This document shows positions 9,441 through 20,382 of a stretch of 64,000 bases of DNA, in pieces. Both the position numbers and the translations under genes were made by a program. The stretch spans positions 384,001-448,000 of the forward strand of contig OY843751.1 in assembly GCA_963693055.1 (NCBI GenBank), given 5' to 3'. Within the stretch, counting starts at the first letter, position 1; each line of letters opens with the position of its first letter. The notes under the pieces were generated by a model, which did not search any database, was not told the origin of the DNA, and saw nothing but the letters and a program-made list of their open reading frames with translations. This DNA comes from a bacterium. Its GTDB lineage: Bacteria > Zhuqueibacterota > Zhuqueibacteria > Residuimicrobiales > Krinioviventaceae.

Positions 9441-10841
9441 ATGTCTTTTAATTTTAAACGAGCTGTTTCGATTTTTCAGGTTGTTTTGTTACTATCAACC
9501 TTGCTCTATGCTCAAGGGGAAAGGGTATTGACCCTGGAAGAGAGCTTGAAGGAAGCGTTCGATAACAATCCTGATCTGCGTGTGGCAGAAAAAGAATTGG
9601 CCAAAACAGAAGCCGGTGTGTGGGAGGCATATTCAGTGCTGTTACCGCAGGTAAATGGTACTGCCAGTGTTCAGCATGCCTGGGATATCCAGACCAACAC
9701 CATCCCCAACTTTATAAAGTTGATGATGCCCCCGGATATTGGTAATATTCTACCTTCATTTGCAGATATGCCTGATTATATCGATATTGCATTTGGATTG
9801 GAGAATACATTTTACTATGGTGCATCCTTACAGCAGCCCCTGTTTTTGGGCGGTGCGGGTGTTGCCGGTGTAAAAATGGCTAATGCTGCCAAACGTGCTG
9901 CTCAGCAGAATTTGAAATCTGTTAAACAGAACCTGATCTATAATACTGCAGATGCTTTTTATACCTGCTTGCTGGCCAGGGAGTTGGTAAGCGTGCAGGA
10001 AGAAGCGCTGCAACAATCAGAAGCTAATTTTAATGTTGTATCAAAAAAATATGATGTGGGTTCTGCTTCAGGGTTCGACAAGATGCGTGCCGAGGTTGAA
10101 GTGGCTAACCTGAAACCCCAGGTCATTACAGCAAGAAACCAGTACAAAACCGCGTTAACACGTTTACGCACGGTACTGGGTCTGCCGAGAGATGCAAAGA
10201 TTTCTGTGGATGGCGAGCTGAATTTTGTTCAGGATGAGTTTGGTAAAGACCTTGAAGATGTACAGCAGATGGCTTTGCAATACCGTCCCGAGTTGCGTGC
10301 AATTCAGGAACAGGAATATATCACAAAAAAAGGTGTAACTGTTGCACGTAGTAATTTTATGCCCAGAGTTGTATTTCAGAGTGATTATTCATATATGGCC
10401 TATAGAAATGACTGGAATGTGGGAGACGCGGATTTCAGTAAAGGTTTTACATCCAGCATTAGTTTGCAGATCCCATTGTTTACGGGATTTAAAAACAGCA
10501 AGTCGTATCAAAAAGCCAAACTGGATCATCGTATAATGATAGATACGGAAAAGCAGGTTACAGATGGCATTATGGCAGAAGTTGAAGTTGCTTATAATAC
10601 TTTTGGTGAAGCGTTTGAGAAATACACAGCTGCCAGCCAGTCTGTAGATCTTGCTCAGGAAGCTTTACGACTGGCAAACATGATGTACGATGAAGGCGCC
10701 AACACACAACTCGATGTTCTGAATTCACAACTGGCGCTGACCCAGTCTAAATTGAATTATGTAACATCCATATACGATTATCAAATGTCACGTTACCGTT
10801 TGCACAAGGTAACAGGTACTTTACAAGGATTATTAAATTAA
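9441..10841 (+). CDS. TolC family outer-membrane efflux protein
   Basis: GGAGG RBS; signal peptide; LTLEESL..A..NNPDL, QQPLF, LQIPLFTG and duplicated helical OEP pattern. Confidence 0.92.
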   Translation: MSFNFKRAVSIFQVVLLLSTLLYAQGERVLTLEESLKEAFDNNPDLRVAEKELAKTEAGVWEAYSVLLPQVNGTASVQHAWDIQTNTIPNFIKLMMPPDIGNILPSFADMPDYIDIAFGLENTFYYGASLQQPLFLGGAGVAGVKMANAAKRAAQQNLKSVKQNLIYNTADAFYTCLLARELVSVQEEALQQSEANFNVVSKKYDVGSASGFDKMRAEVEVANLKPQVITARNQYKTALTRLRTVLGLPRDAKISVDGELNFVQDEFGKDLEDVQQMALQYRPELRAIQEQEYITKKGVTVARSNFMPRVVFQSDYSYMAYRNDWNVGDADFSKGFTSSISLQIPLFTGFKNSKSYQKAKLDHRIMIDTEKQVTDGIMAEVEVAYNTFGEAFEKYTAASQSVDLAQEALRLANMMYDEGANTQLDVLNSQLALTQSKLNYVTSIYDYQMSRYRLHKVTGTLQGLLN

Positions 10842-10862
10842 TTGATATATAGGAGAGAGGCA

Positions 10863-11984
10863 ATGAAACAAAAAGCAATATTAATTGTGGTTTTATCCAT
10901 GTTTCTGTTAATGGGGTGTGCTTCTAAAAAACAGGAAACAACTGTAGAAACAGCTACCCCCGTTCGTGTTGCATCAATTGCTAAAGGCGAACTGGTCCAG
11001 AGTATAGAATTTAATGGCGATATAGCAGCAGAAGTTGAAGTCAAAGTCTTTTCAAAGATCCCCAACAACCGCATTGAAAAATTTCATGTGGAAGAAGGCG
11101 ATTATATTGAAAAAGGTCAATCCATAGCAACAATCAAGGCGCCGGCTGTAACACATGGTCTGGAGCAGGCAAGAGCCTCTTTAGCTGCTGTTAAGGCCCA
11201 ACTGGAAAACGTCAAGATGGAATACGAACGTGCAGAACGTCTTTACAATGAAAACGCAATGAGTAAACAACAGTATGACCAGGTAAAAACCCAGTACGAA
11301 TCTACACAGGCCCAGCTTGAGCAAATCCAGGCCGCAGTGCGAACAGCAGAAAGCAGTTATGAAGATGCTTCTGTTGAAGCACCTATCTCGGGAATTATTG
11401 GTGTGCGTTATTATGAAGCCGGCGATATGATCAATATGACACAACCGCTGGTGAGCATTGTGCAGATGAAAAAAGTCAAGATCACGTTTGACGCCACTGA
11501 AGAAGATCTGGGTAAATTGTCTGTAGGACAAAAAGCTGAAATTACCGTCAAAAGTTATCCCGATACTACATTTGTTGGTAAAGTTGTCAAGATCAGCCCA
11601 GTACTTGACCCACTGACCCGTATGGCAGACGTGGAAGTATTGATAAATAATCCCGATTATTTACTCAAACCCGGTATGTTTGGACGTCTCAAAGTTATTA
11701 CTGGTATTTTGTCTGATGTTATAGTTGTTCCCAGATATGCCACTATAGAAAATACAACATTGGAACGCAAAGAAGGTAAAGATGTTGTTGTGAAAAATTA
11801 TTATGTTTTTGTCGCAGCCGATTCAGTTGCCCAGCAACGCAAACTCGATATAGAGTATGTGAACCATGTGAATATTGCCGTTAAAGGTGGTGTGCAAGTT
11901 GGCGAAGGACTGATTGTGCAGGGACAAAAGAATTTAAAGAATGGTGCTAAAATCACTTACGGTAAGGAAGGTGGTGATTTATGA
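10863..11984 (+). CDS. RND efflux periplasmic adaptor (MFP), lipoprotein
   Basis: Lipobox LMGC; VEEGDYIEKGQ, coiled coil, APISGII, LLKPGMF. Confidence 0.93.
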   Translation: MKQKAILIVVLSMFLLMGCASKKQETTVETATPVRVASIAKGELVQSIEFNGDIAAEVEVKVFSKIPNNRIEKFHVEEGDYIEKGQSIATIKAPAVTHGLEQARASLAAVKAQLENVKMEYERAERLYNENAMSKQQYDQVKTQYESTQAQLEQIQAAVRTAESSYEDASVEAPISGIIGVRYYEAGDMINMTQPLVSIVQMKKVKITFDATEEDLGKLSVGQKAEITVKSYPDTTFVGKVVKISPVLDPLTRMADVEVLINNPDYLLKPGMFGRLKVITGILSDVIVVPRYATIENTTLERKEGKDVVVKNYYVFVAADSVAQQRKLDIEYVNHVNIAVKGGVQVGEGLIVQGQKNLKNGAKITYGKEGGDL

Positions 11985-14900
11985 AAATAACCGAGATGTC
12001 GGTCAAGCGCGGAGTAACATTCGCAATGATCTATCTCATTGCGGTGTTTTTCGGTTTGTTTTCGCTTGCTCGTTTGAAACTTGATTTATATCCAAAGATG
12101 GAATTTCCGATAATTGCGATTATCACTCAATATACCGGTGTAGGTCCTTTTGACCTTGAAACCGTAGTTACACGCCCAATCGAAGAAACGGTTGCATCTG
12201 TTGAAAACGTTGAAAGTGTTACCTCAACCACTTCACAGGGTTTGTCAGTCATTAATATTGAGTTTGACTGGGGAACCGATATGGACCAGGCAGAGATTGA
12301 TGTTCGCAACAGTATGGAATGGGTTGATGATATGTTGCCGGATGATGTGACAGATCCGTTGATATTTTCATTTGATCCTTCAACGCAACCTGTATTATAT
12401 CTTACTGTTAATTCAGACCTCCATGGTATGGCGGAATTGCGTAAGATTTCCGAGCATGAAATAGAACCCCGGATAGAGCGTATACCGGGTGTTGCATCCG
12501 CATTTACCAATGGCGGTATGGAACGGGAGATTAAAATTCAGGTTGATCCTGCTCGTCTTCGGGCACACAATATGGCGATTGAGCAAGTGTCAAATGCTTT
12601 ACGAGCCAATAACCTGCAGGTTGCTTCCGGTTGGATCGAAAACGATAAACAGGAATTTTCCATTGAAACAGCAGGTGAGTACAAGAGTATAGATGAAATA
12701 GAAAATACAAATATTATGACCATTGACAATACGGTGATCAGGGTGCGAGATGTTGCAACCGTTGTTGATGGGTTCAAAGAACAACGTCAGCGCATTTGGA
12801 ATGATGGACATCCTGCGGTTATGTTGATGGTACAAAAACAATCAGACGCGAACACAGTAACAACGGCCAAAGAGGTTTTAGCTCAACTGGATAACATTGA
12901 AAAAGAATTACCGGAAGGTGTGCAGATTGGTATCATGATGGATTTGTCCAGTTTTATTGTGCGGTCCATGTCAAATTTAGGTTGGACAGCTATTCAGGCA
13001 ATTGTTCTGGCCTTTCTGGTCTTGTTGCTCTTTTTGCGCAACTTTGCCAGTTCGCTGGTGGTCGCGATTTCAATACCGGTTTCAATGGTTGTAACCTTTG
13101 CGGTTATGGACCAGGCTGACTTGACGTTGAATGTGATCTCTATGGCGGGTCTTGCTTTGGCGGTCGGGTTGCTTGTGGACAACTCTATTGTTGTGTTGGA
13201 AAGCATATTCCGATACCGGGAGCAGGGTATGGAGCCGCGTGAGGCTGCGATCAAGGGTGCGCAGGAAGTGGCAATGGCGATTACAGCTTCTACATTGACA
13301 ACACTCTCTGTATTTGTACCGGTACTTTTTGTACCCGGCCTTGCGGGAGAATTGTTCAATGAGATGGTAATTACTATATGTTTTTCTCTTGCAGTATCAT
13401 TGGTTGTAGCGTTAACATTGATCCCGCTAATGTCATCACGTTTGCTGAAATTGGTCAAATTCCAAAAAAACAATAATGCGGGAGCAGTTGAAAAAAATAG
13501 TAAATTTTTAAAGATAATTGATTATTACAAGTCCCGTCTGAATTGGTCAATACATCATAGGAAAATTGTACTATGGAGTACATTTATAATATTTGTTCTG
13601 TTTATTGTGTTGTTGTCTACCCGAGGTGGTGAATTTCTACCCGAAGGTGACGATGGTTTTATGACAATCACTGTGGACCGGTCACCGGGTACAAGTCTGG
13701 ATGATATGGAAAATACAATGCGCCAGGTTACAGCTATACTCGAGAGTGAAATACCGGAAGCGGAAATGATTTATAGCAACTTTGGCCAGGGTGAAGGTAT
13801 TATGGCCCTTTTCTCTTCACAGACATCTGCCGAAGGTGATATTACAATACGTTTGCCGAAAATAACAGACCGTGACCGTTCGGTCTTTGATATCCAGGAA
13901 GCTCTACGCGATACTTTGAAATCAATTCCTGATGCGGATGTTTCTTTTGCTGACCGAGGTGAAGCAGCTATGTTTGGTAATGCTGCGGATATTGTGGTTA
14001 AAGTCATAGGGCACGATTTAGATGTTGCAGAAGCACTTGCCAATGATATTATTGCCGAGGTCAAAGATATTGAAGGTATTGTTGATGTTGAATCCAGTGT
14101 GCGTGAAGCTAAACCCGAGTTAAAGGTAAATCTGGACCGTCAGCGTATAGCCGATCTGGGCCTAAGTACCGCTCAAGTCGGCAGTGCAGTGAGCACCAGT
14201 ATTTTGGGCACTGTGGTGACCCAGTACCGTGAACAAGGTGATGAGTATGATGTGAGAGTGCAGTTTGATAAAGAGCATCGTGCTGAAAAGCAGGATATAG
14301 AAAATATCCTGATCATGACCCCATTTGGACGTCAGGTACCACTCCGTTCCATTGCGGATATTGAATACGATACAGCTCCGCAGGATATAACCCGTGAAGA
14401 TCAGGAGCGTTATATTAGTGTAAACATTGATGTAGCTAACCGAGATTTACGTACCGTAACCAAAGATGTTCAGGTAGCTGTTGATAAAGTACCGGTGCCT
14501 AATGATTTCAGGCTTGAACTGGGTGGTACAGCCGAAGATATGCAGGAATCATTCATGTATCTGGGTTTGGCAATGTTGGTGGCGATCTTGTTAACTTATA
14601 TGGTAATGGCGTCGCAGTTTGAAAGTTTTGTGGACCCGTTCATTATCATGTTCACCATCCCCTTGTCGCTTATTGGTGTGTCTTTGGGTTTGATTGTGAC
14701 CAACACAACCCTGAGTGTTATGGCGCTGATTGGTGTCATTATGCTGGTAGGTATTGTTGTGAATAACGGTATTGTGCTTGTGGATTATATAAACCAACTT
14801 CGTGATCGTGGTATGGAATTGTATGGTGCTATTCTTGAAGCTGGTTCAGTTCGTATGCGTCCGGTGTTAATGACCGCATTGACCACAATCCTGGCAATGC

Positions 14901-15103
14901 TGCCTATGGCATTGGGACTTGGTGAGAGTGGTGAATCCTGGGCGCCTATGGCACGTTCAGTAATGGGCGGTATGGCTGTGGCAACATTATTAACGCTGGT
15001 TATTGTACCGGTTATATATGCATCGGTTGAAGAGTCAAACGCAAAGCGAAAGGCCAAACGCAAAGCTCGAAAAGAGGCCAAATTATATATGCCCAAAGCG
15101 TAA
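11981..15103 (+). CDS. AcrB/AcrD/AcrF family RND efflux permease
   Basis: 1040 aa, 12-TM pattern; VGLLVDNSIVV, GIVVNNGIVLVD, RMRPVLMT. Confidence 0.96.
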   Translation: MKITEMSVKRGVTFAMIYLIAVFFGLFSLARLKLDLYPKMEFPIIAIITQYTGVGPFDLETVVTRPIEETVASVENVESVTSTTSQGLSVINIEFDWGTDMDQAEIDVRNSMEWVDDMLPDDVTDPLIFSFDPSTQPVLYLTVNSDLHGMAELRKISEHEIEPRIERIPGVASAFTNGGMEREIKIQVDPARLRAHNMAIEQVSNALRANNLQVASGWIENDKQEFSIETAGEYKSIDEIENTNIMTIDNTVIRVRDVATVVDGFKEQRQRIWNDGHPAVMLMVQKQSDANTVTTAKEVLAQLDNIEKELPEGVQIGIMMDLSSFIVRSMSNLGWTAIQAIVLAFLVLLLFLRNFASSLVVAISIPVSMVVTFAVMDQADLTLNVISMAGLALAVGLLVDNSIVVLESIFRYREQGMEPREAAIKGAQEVAMAITASTLTTLSVFVPVLFVPGLAGELFNEMVITICFSLAVSLVVALTLIPLMSSRLLKLVKFQKNNNAGAVEKNSKFLKIIDYYKSRLNWSIHHRKIVLWSTFIIFVLFIVLLSTRGGEFLPEGDDGFMTITVDRSPGTSLDDMENTMRQVTAILESEIPEAEMIYSNFGQGEGIMALFSSQTSAEGDITIRLPKITDRDRSVFDIQEALRDTLKSIPDADVSFADRGEAAMFGNAADIVVKVIGHDLDVAEALANDIIAEVKDIEGIVDVESSVREAKPELKVNLDRQRIADLGLSTAQVGSAVSTSILGTVVTQYREQGDEYDVRVQFDKEHRAEKQDIENILIMTPFGRQVPLRSIADIEYDTAPQDITREDQERYISVNIDVANRDLRTVTKDVQVAVDKVPVPNDFRLELGGTAEDMQESFMYLGLAMLVAILLTYMVMASQFESFVDPFIIMFTIPLSLIGVSLGLIVTNTTLSVMALIGVIMLVGIVVNNGIVLVDYINQLRDRGMELYGAILEAGSVRMRPVLMTALTTILAMLPMALGLGESGESWAPMARSVMGGMAVATLLTLVIVPVIYASVEESNAKRKAKRKARKEAKLYMPKA

Positions 15104-15108
15104 TTTTC

Positions 15109-15138
15109 AAGCCCTGGAATTTTCCAGGGCTTTTTTTT
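15109..15138 (+). terminator. Rho-independent terminator
   Basis: aagccctggaa-ttt-tccagggc followed by a T8 tract. Confidence 0.9.
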
Positions 15139-15191
15139 GCCTGTAACCTTTTTGGCAATTTTTCGTAAACCCAAAAAAGGAGGTGCAGGTT

Positions 15192-15980
15192 ATGCGTATA
15201 AAATTTTGGATTGTTTTTATGAGTTTAGCGCTGGCAGTGCAGGGATTTGCCGCCAGTGTTGAACGAGAGTTTGAACGGGAATATGATTTTAACCAAGATG
15301 GTATCGTAAATGTGAAAAATGTAAATGGCGAGCTTGTAGTAAAATCCTGGAACGATGACAAGGTCAGGATCTATGCCGAGATCAAGGTGAAAAGCGGCAG
15401 CCATAGAAAAGCAGAAGACTTTATGGACAAGGTCAAGATTGAGGTTAAACGACATGGGGACGAAATATCCATTGAACCGGATTATCCCAAACGTGATGAT
15501 GGTGGATTTATGGATATGTTGTTCGGCAATAAAAAGCCGTCTGTAACCGTGGACTTTACCATCTCTGTACCTCGTGAAGCTACAGTCAATGCACGTTCTG
15601 TGAATGGTGCTGTCAAAGTTACAGATATTGGCGGACTAGCAGAACTCAAAACGGTGAATGGCGGCATTACGGCCAAAGGTATGGGCAATTCAGTTAGTGC
15701 GAATACTACAAACGGCGGGATCAGTGTAGAGATTGACGAGTCTTTAATTCGTCAGGAAATGGATTTTCATACGGTGAATGGCAGTATCAAACTTTATCTC
15801 AGAGATGATATAGACGCATATTTTAATTTATCTACTGTTAACGGCAGTATACGGACTGATTTCCCCATCAGGATGTCAGGGGATATTGATACCAAGCAGA
15901 TACAAGGCAAGATAAATAACGGCGGTCCCGAGATCAAAATGAAAACCGTAAACGGCAGTATCTCTATTCGGGAATTGTAA
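15192..15980 (+). CDS. DUF4097 / putative adhesin beta-strand repeat protein, secreted
   Basis: AGGAGG RBS, signal peptide, repeated (K/S)TVNG(S/G)I units. Confidence 0.85.
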   Translation: MRIKFWIVFMSLALAVQGFAASVEREFEREYDFNQDGIVNVKNVNGELVVKSWNDDKVRIYAEIKVKSGSHRKAEDFMDKVKIEVKRHGDEISIEPDYPKRDDGGFMDMLFGNKKPSVTVDFTISVPREATVNARSVNGAVKVTDIGGLAELKTVNGGITAKGMGNSVSANTTNGGISVEIDESLIRQEMDFHTVNGSIKLYLRDDIDAYFNLSTVNGSIRTDFPIRMSGDIDTKQIQGKINNGGPEIKMKTVNGSISIREL

Positions 15981-16027
15981 AAGATTTTTTTGTGAATATA
16001 TTTGGGTAATTGATAGATAAAACGGTG

Positions 16028-16077
16028 CTTCGATAAGTCCTGGTTCCTCTAGGGGCCCAGGACTACTCAGCAACCGG
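16028..16077. repeat. Small REP-like palindromic element
   Basis: Stem agtcctgg...ccaggact (16036-16064) embedded in cttcgataag...ctcagcaaccgg. Confidence 0.4.
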
Positions 16078-16309
16078 TTTTTTATTGAGGCAGCATACTC
16101 TTTTTGGGATTTGGGTCCCATAATTTATGTCTCCCAAAATAGTTATAGTTACATAAATTATGAGGCAACGTCTATATTCCCATTCTCTCATGGTTACTTT
16201 TTTGATGAGTCAATGCGATATAATAAGGAAAAAAGTCTTTGCTTGAATTTTGTATTCGCATATTGTATATTCGAACATATAGAAATGCATTTTAAAATCC
16301 GGAGGACTT

Positions 16310-17761
16310 ATGGCTGTTATTACCGATTTTGAACCCAAACTCGTATGGAAATACTTTGATGAAATACGTCAAGTTCCCAGAGCATCTGGTGATGAAAAAC
16401 GTATTTCCGATTATCTGGTTTCTGTTGCAAAGAAATTAGGCCTGGAATATGAGCAAGACAAAGAGCTCAACGTACTTATCCGTAAAGGTGCTTCAGCTGG
16501 TTACGAATCTGCACCAACCGTTGTATTGCAATCACATATGGACATGGTTTGCGAAAAAAATTCAGATACGGAATTTGATTTTGATAATGATCCTATCAAA
16601 TTAAAGATAGATGGTGAGTGGCTCAAAGCAGATGGTACCACACTGGGAGCTGATAATGGCATTGGTATGGCAACTGCATTGGCAATCCTTGAGGATGAGA
16701 GCGTAAAACACGGTCCGTTGGAAGCTATTTTTACTGTAGATGAAGAACGCGGACTGGTTGGTGCCATGACCATAAATACCAGCTGGTTAAAAGGCAAAAT
16801 TATGCTGAACCTTGACAGTGAAGATCTGGGTCTGTTCTCCATTGGTTGTGCCGGTGGCAGGGACTCGCATATGACCTTACCACTGAAAAGAGTTGGCGCC
16901 AAAGGCGATCAGCTTGTAGAGATCAAACTGTTTGGGCTGCGTGGAGGCCACTCTGGTGTAGATATCCATGAGGGTCGCGGAAACGCACTCAAGATCATTA
17001 ATCGTTTGCTATTCCAGTTGAACAAAGTGGTACCCCTTGAATTTGTCTGCTATGAAGGTGGAGACAAACATAATGCAATCCCCCGTGAAGCATTTGCACG
17101 GGTTGTGATTAAAAAATCAGAACTTGATAATGTAAAAAAATGGATGGAGACAGCAGTAGACTGTATCCGTAACGAATTTGGTCCGGTTGAGAAAAATATC
17201 CAGTATTCTGTAACCGCATTAGACTCTATTCCTGATGTTATGGATGCCGCTAGTCAGAAAACATTGCTCTCTCTTCTTTTTGCATTGCCACACGGACCTC
17301 TTGCTTATAGCAGAGATATTGCTGGTCTGGTGGAAACATCGAATAATGTAGCATCAATTAAATGTTTCGATAAAGAGGCAAAAATTCACCTTAGCAGCCG
17401 CAGTTCCAATGACTGTGCTTTACAGGCCACTACAGACAAATTGGTTGCAATAGCCGATCTGGCAGGTGCTTCTATTGAACAGCCACAGGGGTATCCGGGT
17501 TGGCAGCCCAATTTGGATTCACCATTGTTAAAGATCACGCTGGACGCATATAAAGAAGTGACCGGTGAAGACGCCAGGTATGAAGTGATACATGCCGGTT
17601 TGGAATGCGGTTTGATTGGAGAAAAATTCCCGGGTATGGACATGATCTCTATTGGTCCTGATCTCAAACATCCGCATTCACCTGATGAATGTGTTCATAT
17701 TGGAACGGTAGATACCTATTATAAACATACATTGAAAATTCTTGAGAAATTGACCGCATAA
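16310..17761 (+). CDS. pepD: Aminoacyl-histidine dipeptidase (peptidase M20C)
   Basis: LQSHMDMVCEKN, GTTLGADNGIG, FTVDEERG, NLDSED, GGHSG, IHAGLECG, HSPDE. Confidence 0.95.
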   Translation: MAVITDFEPKLVWKYFDEIRQVPRASGDEKRISDYLVSVAKKLGLEYEQDKELNVLIRKGASAGYESAPTVVLQSHMDMVCEKNSDTEFDFDNDPIKLKIDGEWLKADGTTLGADNGIGMATALAILEDESVKHGPLEAIFTVDEERGLVGAMTINTSWLKGKIMLNLDSEDLGLFSIGCAGGRDSHMTLPLKRVGAKGDQLVEIKLFGLRGGHSGVDIHEGRGNALKIINRLLFQLNKVVPLEFVCYEGGDKHNAIPREAFARVVIKKSELDNVKKWMETAVDCIRNEFGPVEKNIQYSVTALDSIPDVMDAASQKTLLSLLFALPHGPLAYSRDIAGLVETSNNVASIKCFDKEAKIHLSSRSSNDCALQATTDKLVAIADLAGASIEQPQGYPGWQPNLDSPLLKITLDAYKEVTGEDARYEVIHAGLECGLIGEKFPGMDMISIGPDLKHPHSPDECVHIGTVDTYYKHTLKILEKLTA

Positions 17762-17789
17762 AAAATCCGCCTTTTGGCGGATTTTTTTT
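17761..17789 (+). terminator. Rho-independent terminator
   Basis: aaaaatccgcc-tttt-ggcggatttttttt. Confidence 0.92.
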
Positions 17790-17984
17790 CGGGGGACCTT
17801 AATAATTATACTGATTTACATTTTTAACGGAATAAATAATACATTCAAGTGTCTTAATAATAGCAAGCTTTACATGCATTTCGGAATGTTTTTAATGATT
17901 TCTTGGGAAAACTGAAACTTTTTTTTCTATTGAACGTCTTTCATGTTAGCCTGCAACAACAATCTTTTTATGGAGGAAGGAACC

Positions 17985-18710
17985 ATGTCAGAACAACATC
18001 CAGTTATTGATGATACTCCTGTTGCAAAGGAAATGGGTTTTTTGGGGCGTCTTGTAGGTGTGTTTACATCACCAGGAACAGCATTTCAATCTATTGCACA
18101 AAAACCGGGGTGGGTAATTCCTTTGCTGGTTTTAATTGTCTTGAATCTGGGTTACATGTTTGTTGTACAGCCGGTGTTAGTTAAAGAACAACAGCAAAAA
18201 ACCATTCAAAGTCTTGAAGAAAAAAATGTAGACAGTGAACAGCAGGACGCTATATTGGCCCAATCCACCAAGTGGATGAAAGTTATGATGTATCCCAGTG
18301 CGATTATTGGTTCGTTTATTGTAGTACTGATTGCAGCCGGTATCTGGTTGTTTTTCAGCAACATAATGCTGGGTGGTGACGCAAATTACAAGCAAATGTT
18401 AAGTGTGGTTACCTATACCAGTTATATTGGATTTGTGGGGCAGTTGATAAAATTACCAATTAATTTAACGCAGGAAACCATGAATGTACATTTCAGCCTG
18501 GCTACATTCATGTCTGATGATTTGGTAAAAACCTTTTTATACAAGTTTCTAGCGAGTATTGAATTGTTCAATATCTGGACGGTAATTACGATCAGCATTG
18601 GTATTGCAACTGTAGCAAAATTGAATATAAAAAAAGTATGGCCGGTTGTTGCAATTGTGTACCTGGTGTTTTTTGTGGGTTCTGCAGCGCTTGGCAGTAA
18701 ATTTGGTTAA
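17985..18710 (+). CDS. Yip1 family membrane protein (YknW-like)
   Basis: GVFTSPGTAFQSI..KPGW..P N-terminal motif, about five TM segments, ELFNIW; GGAGG upstream. Confidence 0.85.
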   Translation: MSEQHPVIDDTPVAKEMGFLGRLVGVFTSPGTAFQSIAQKPGWVIPLLVLIVLNLGYMFVVQPVLVKEQQQKTIQSLEEKNVDSEQQDAILAQSTKWMKVMMYPSAIIGSFIVVLIAAGIWLFFSNIMLGGDANYKQMLSVVTYTSYIGFVGQLIKLPINLTQETMNVHFSLATFMSDDLVKTFLYKFLASIELFNIWTVITISIGIATVAKLNIKKVWPVVAIVYLVFFVGSAALGSKFG

Positions 18711-18770
18711 AATTGAATTAACATAGAAACAGTAGAAACTCTGAAACAATCATAACAGGATGGTGTGCTC

Positions 18771-20141
18771 ATGATCAAACGAAACGCAACTATGTTAGCG
18801 GTGTTTGTCCTTTTTCTTACCAGTGCATTATTTGCACAAGAAACCAAACCCCTGACACTTGAAGAATGTATTGAAATCGCAATACAAAACAACTCGTCTC
18901 TAAAAATCTCAGGATACCAGGTAGAATCCGCAGAGACTTCTGTAACTTCCGCTCGCGCTAACTTTTTACCCAGAATTAACTCCTCTTTCAGTTCCGGAAA
19001 ATATATTCAAGGGGCCAGAGTTACCAAAATGGATGTTCCTACTGGTGAAGTTGATTCTGAAACCGGTGGTGTGATCTATGAAGAAAAATCTGTATTGCAA
19101 GACCGTACCGAACGTAACTCGCACAGTGCGTCAGTATCATTATCCCAGAATATTTTTGACTTTGGTAAGAGTATTAACAACCTGAAAAGCAATAAAGCCG
19201 GCAAGGCTTCTATGGAACATTCGCTCAAAAATACCCGCAATGATGTCATTGCCGGTGTTAAACAGGCCTTTTATGAATTGTTGAAACAATACAGGCTCAA
19301 AGAAGTGTATGAAGAAGCTGTACAAGTTTCAAATGACGAGGTTAACCGCGTTCAAACCATGATGGAAATTGGTCTTGCATCGCAGGCCGAAGTGTATCAG
19401 GCACGGGTGACTTTGAATAACAGTAAAACAACCCTGTTGAACCAGGTCAATAATATTGAATTGGCGAAAGCGGATTTGAACAATGCGTTAGGTAGATTTC
19501 CCAGTACCCCCCTTGAGATTGTGCCAGAAAATGCGGATGCAATTTTCCCTGAATACAGTTTTGAAAAAGCCTCGGATCTTGCCATTGAAAACAATGCATA
19601 TCTAAAAGCATTGGAGCAGGAAGTAAGTGCAAATTCATACAATATTAAATATGCCAAAAGTGCCTATTTCCCAAGCATTGGTGGAAGTGCATCTTACTCT
19701 CGCAGTAATAGCGATTATTCTCGCGTTTATTCAAGTAAACTTGATCAGGACTTTTCTATTACTTTTGGCGTAGGAGTTGACCTAAACATCTTTAATGGTT
19801 TTGCTGACAAGGCATCTGTACAGCGCAATACCATTCAGTATAATATTGCTGTTGAAAACCTTGAAGAAGCCAAGCGTACATTGTTATCCAGTGTAAAACA
19901 ATATTATTTACAACTGAATGCTTATAAAGACATCATTGAGATGAACAAGATGAACATTGAAGCATACGAAGAAAACCTGCGCTTGCAGCAGGAAAAACGT
20001 CGTGTGGGTTCCGGTACCGAATTGGAAGTTACCCAGGCACAGTACGACCTGACCAGCGCGCGGTCTGATTTGATCTCTGCTGAATTTGAGGCCAAGACCG
20101 TTATTGCACAGCTTGAAGCAGCTTTGGGAATTATAGAATAA
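18771..20141 (+). CDS. TolC family outer-membrane efflux protein
   Basis: Signal peptide; LTLEECIEIAIQNN, SQNIFDFG, LNIFNGF; duplicated OEP pattern. Confidence 0.92.
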   Translation: MIKRNATMLAVFVLFLTSALFAQETKPLTLEECIEIAIQNNSSLKISGYQVESAETSVTSARANFLPRINSSFSSGKYIQGARVTKMDVPTGEVDSETGGVIYEEKSVLQDRTERNSHSASVSLSQNIFDFGKSINNLKSNKAGKASMEHSLKNTRNDVIAGVKQAFYELLKQYRLKEVYEEAVQVSNDEVNRVQTMMEIGLASQAEVYQARVTLNNSKTTLLNQVNNIELAKADLNNALGRFPSTPLEIVPENADAIFPEYSFEKASDLAIENNAYLKALEQEVSANSYNIKYAKSAYFPSIGGSASYSRSNSDYSRVYSSKLDQDFSITFGVGVDLNIFNGFADKASVQRNTIQYNIAVENLEEAKRTLLSSVKQYYLQLNAYKDIIEMNKMNIEAYEENLRLQQEKRRVGSGTELEVTQAQYDLTSARSDLISAEFEAKTVIAQLEAALGIIE

Positions 20142-20382
20142 TTATTAAATTATAGTAAGGCCGTTATCCTCCTGCAGCACCATCCTTAATGGCTTTACAT
20201 TGTGTGATGGATCCATTTGGCAGCAGTTATCTAGTACATTTGCTGTAACCGGGTTCTCATTTTTGAAATATTTTACTATTACGTATAGATCTGTTTTTTT
20301 CAAGTTTTCCCTCTTGGAATTGAGTGGGACTATCCTGTTGATTGCAGAGTAAGAGGAATTAACCAAAATTTGGGAGTCGTTC

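Noticed and set aside
13170-13200. RND proton-relay motif VDNS instead of VDDA
   Set aside because: A common variant in this RND subgroup; not evidence of inactivity.
16113-16162. Possible dif/Xer site (cataa...ttatgt)
   Set aside because: Half-sites are 1 nt apart rather than 6 and the XerD arm does not match.
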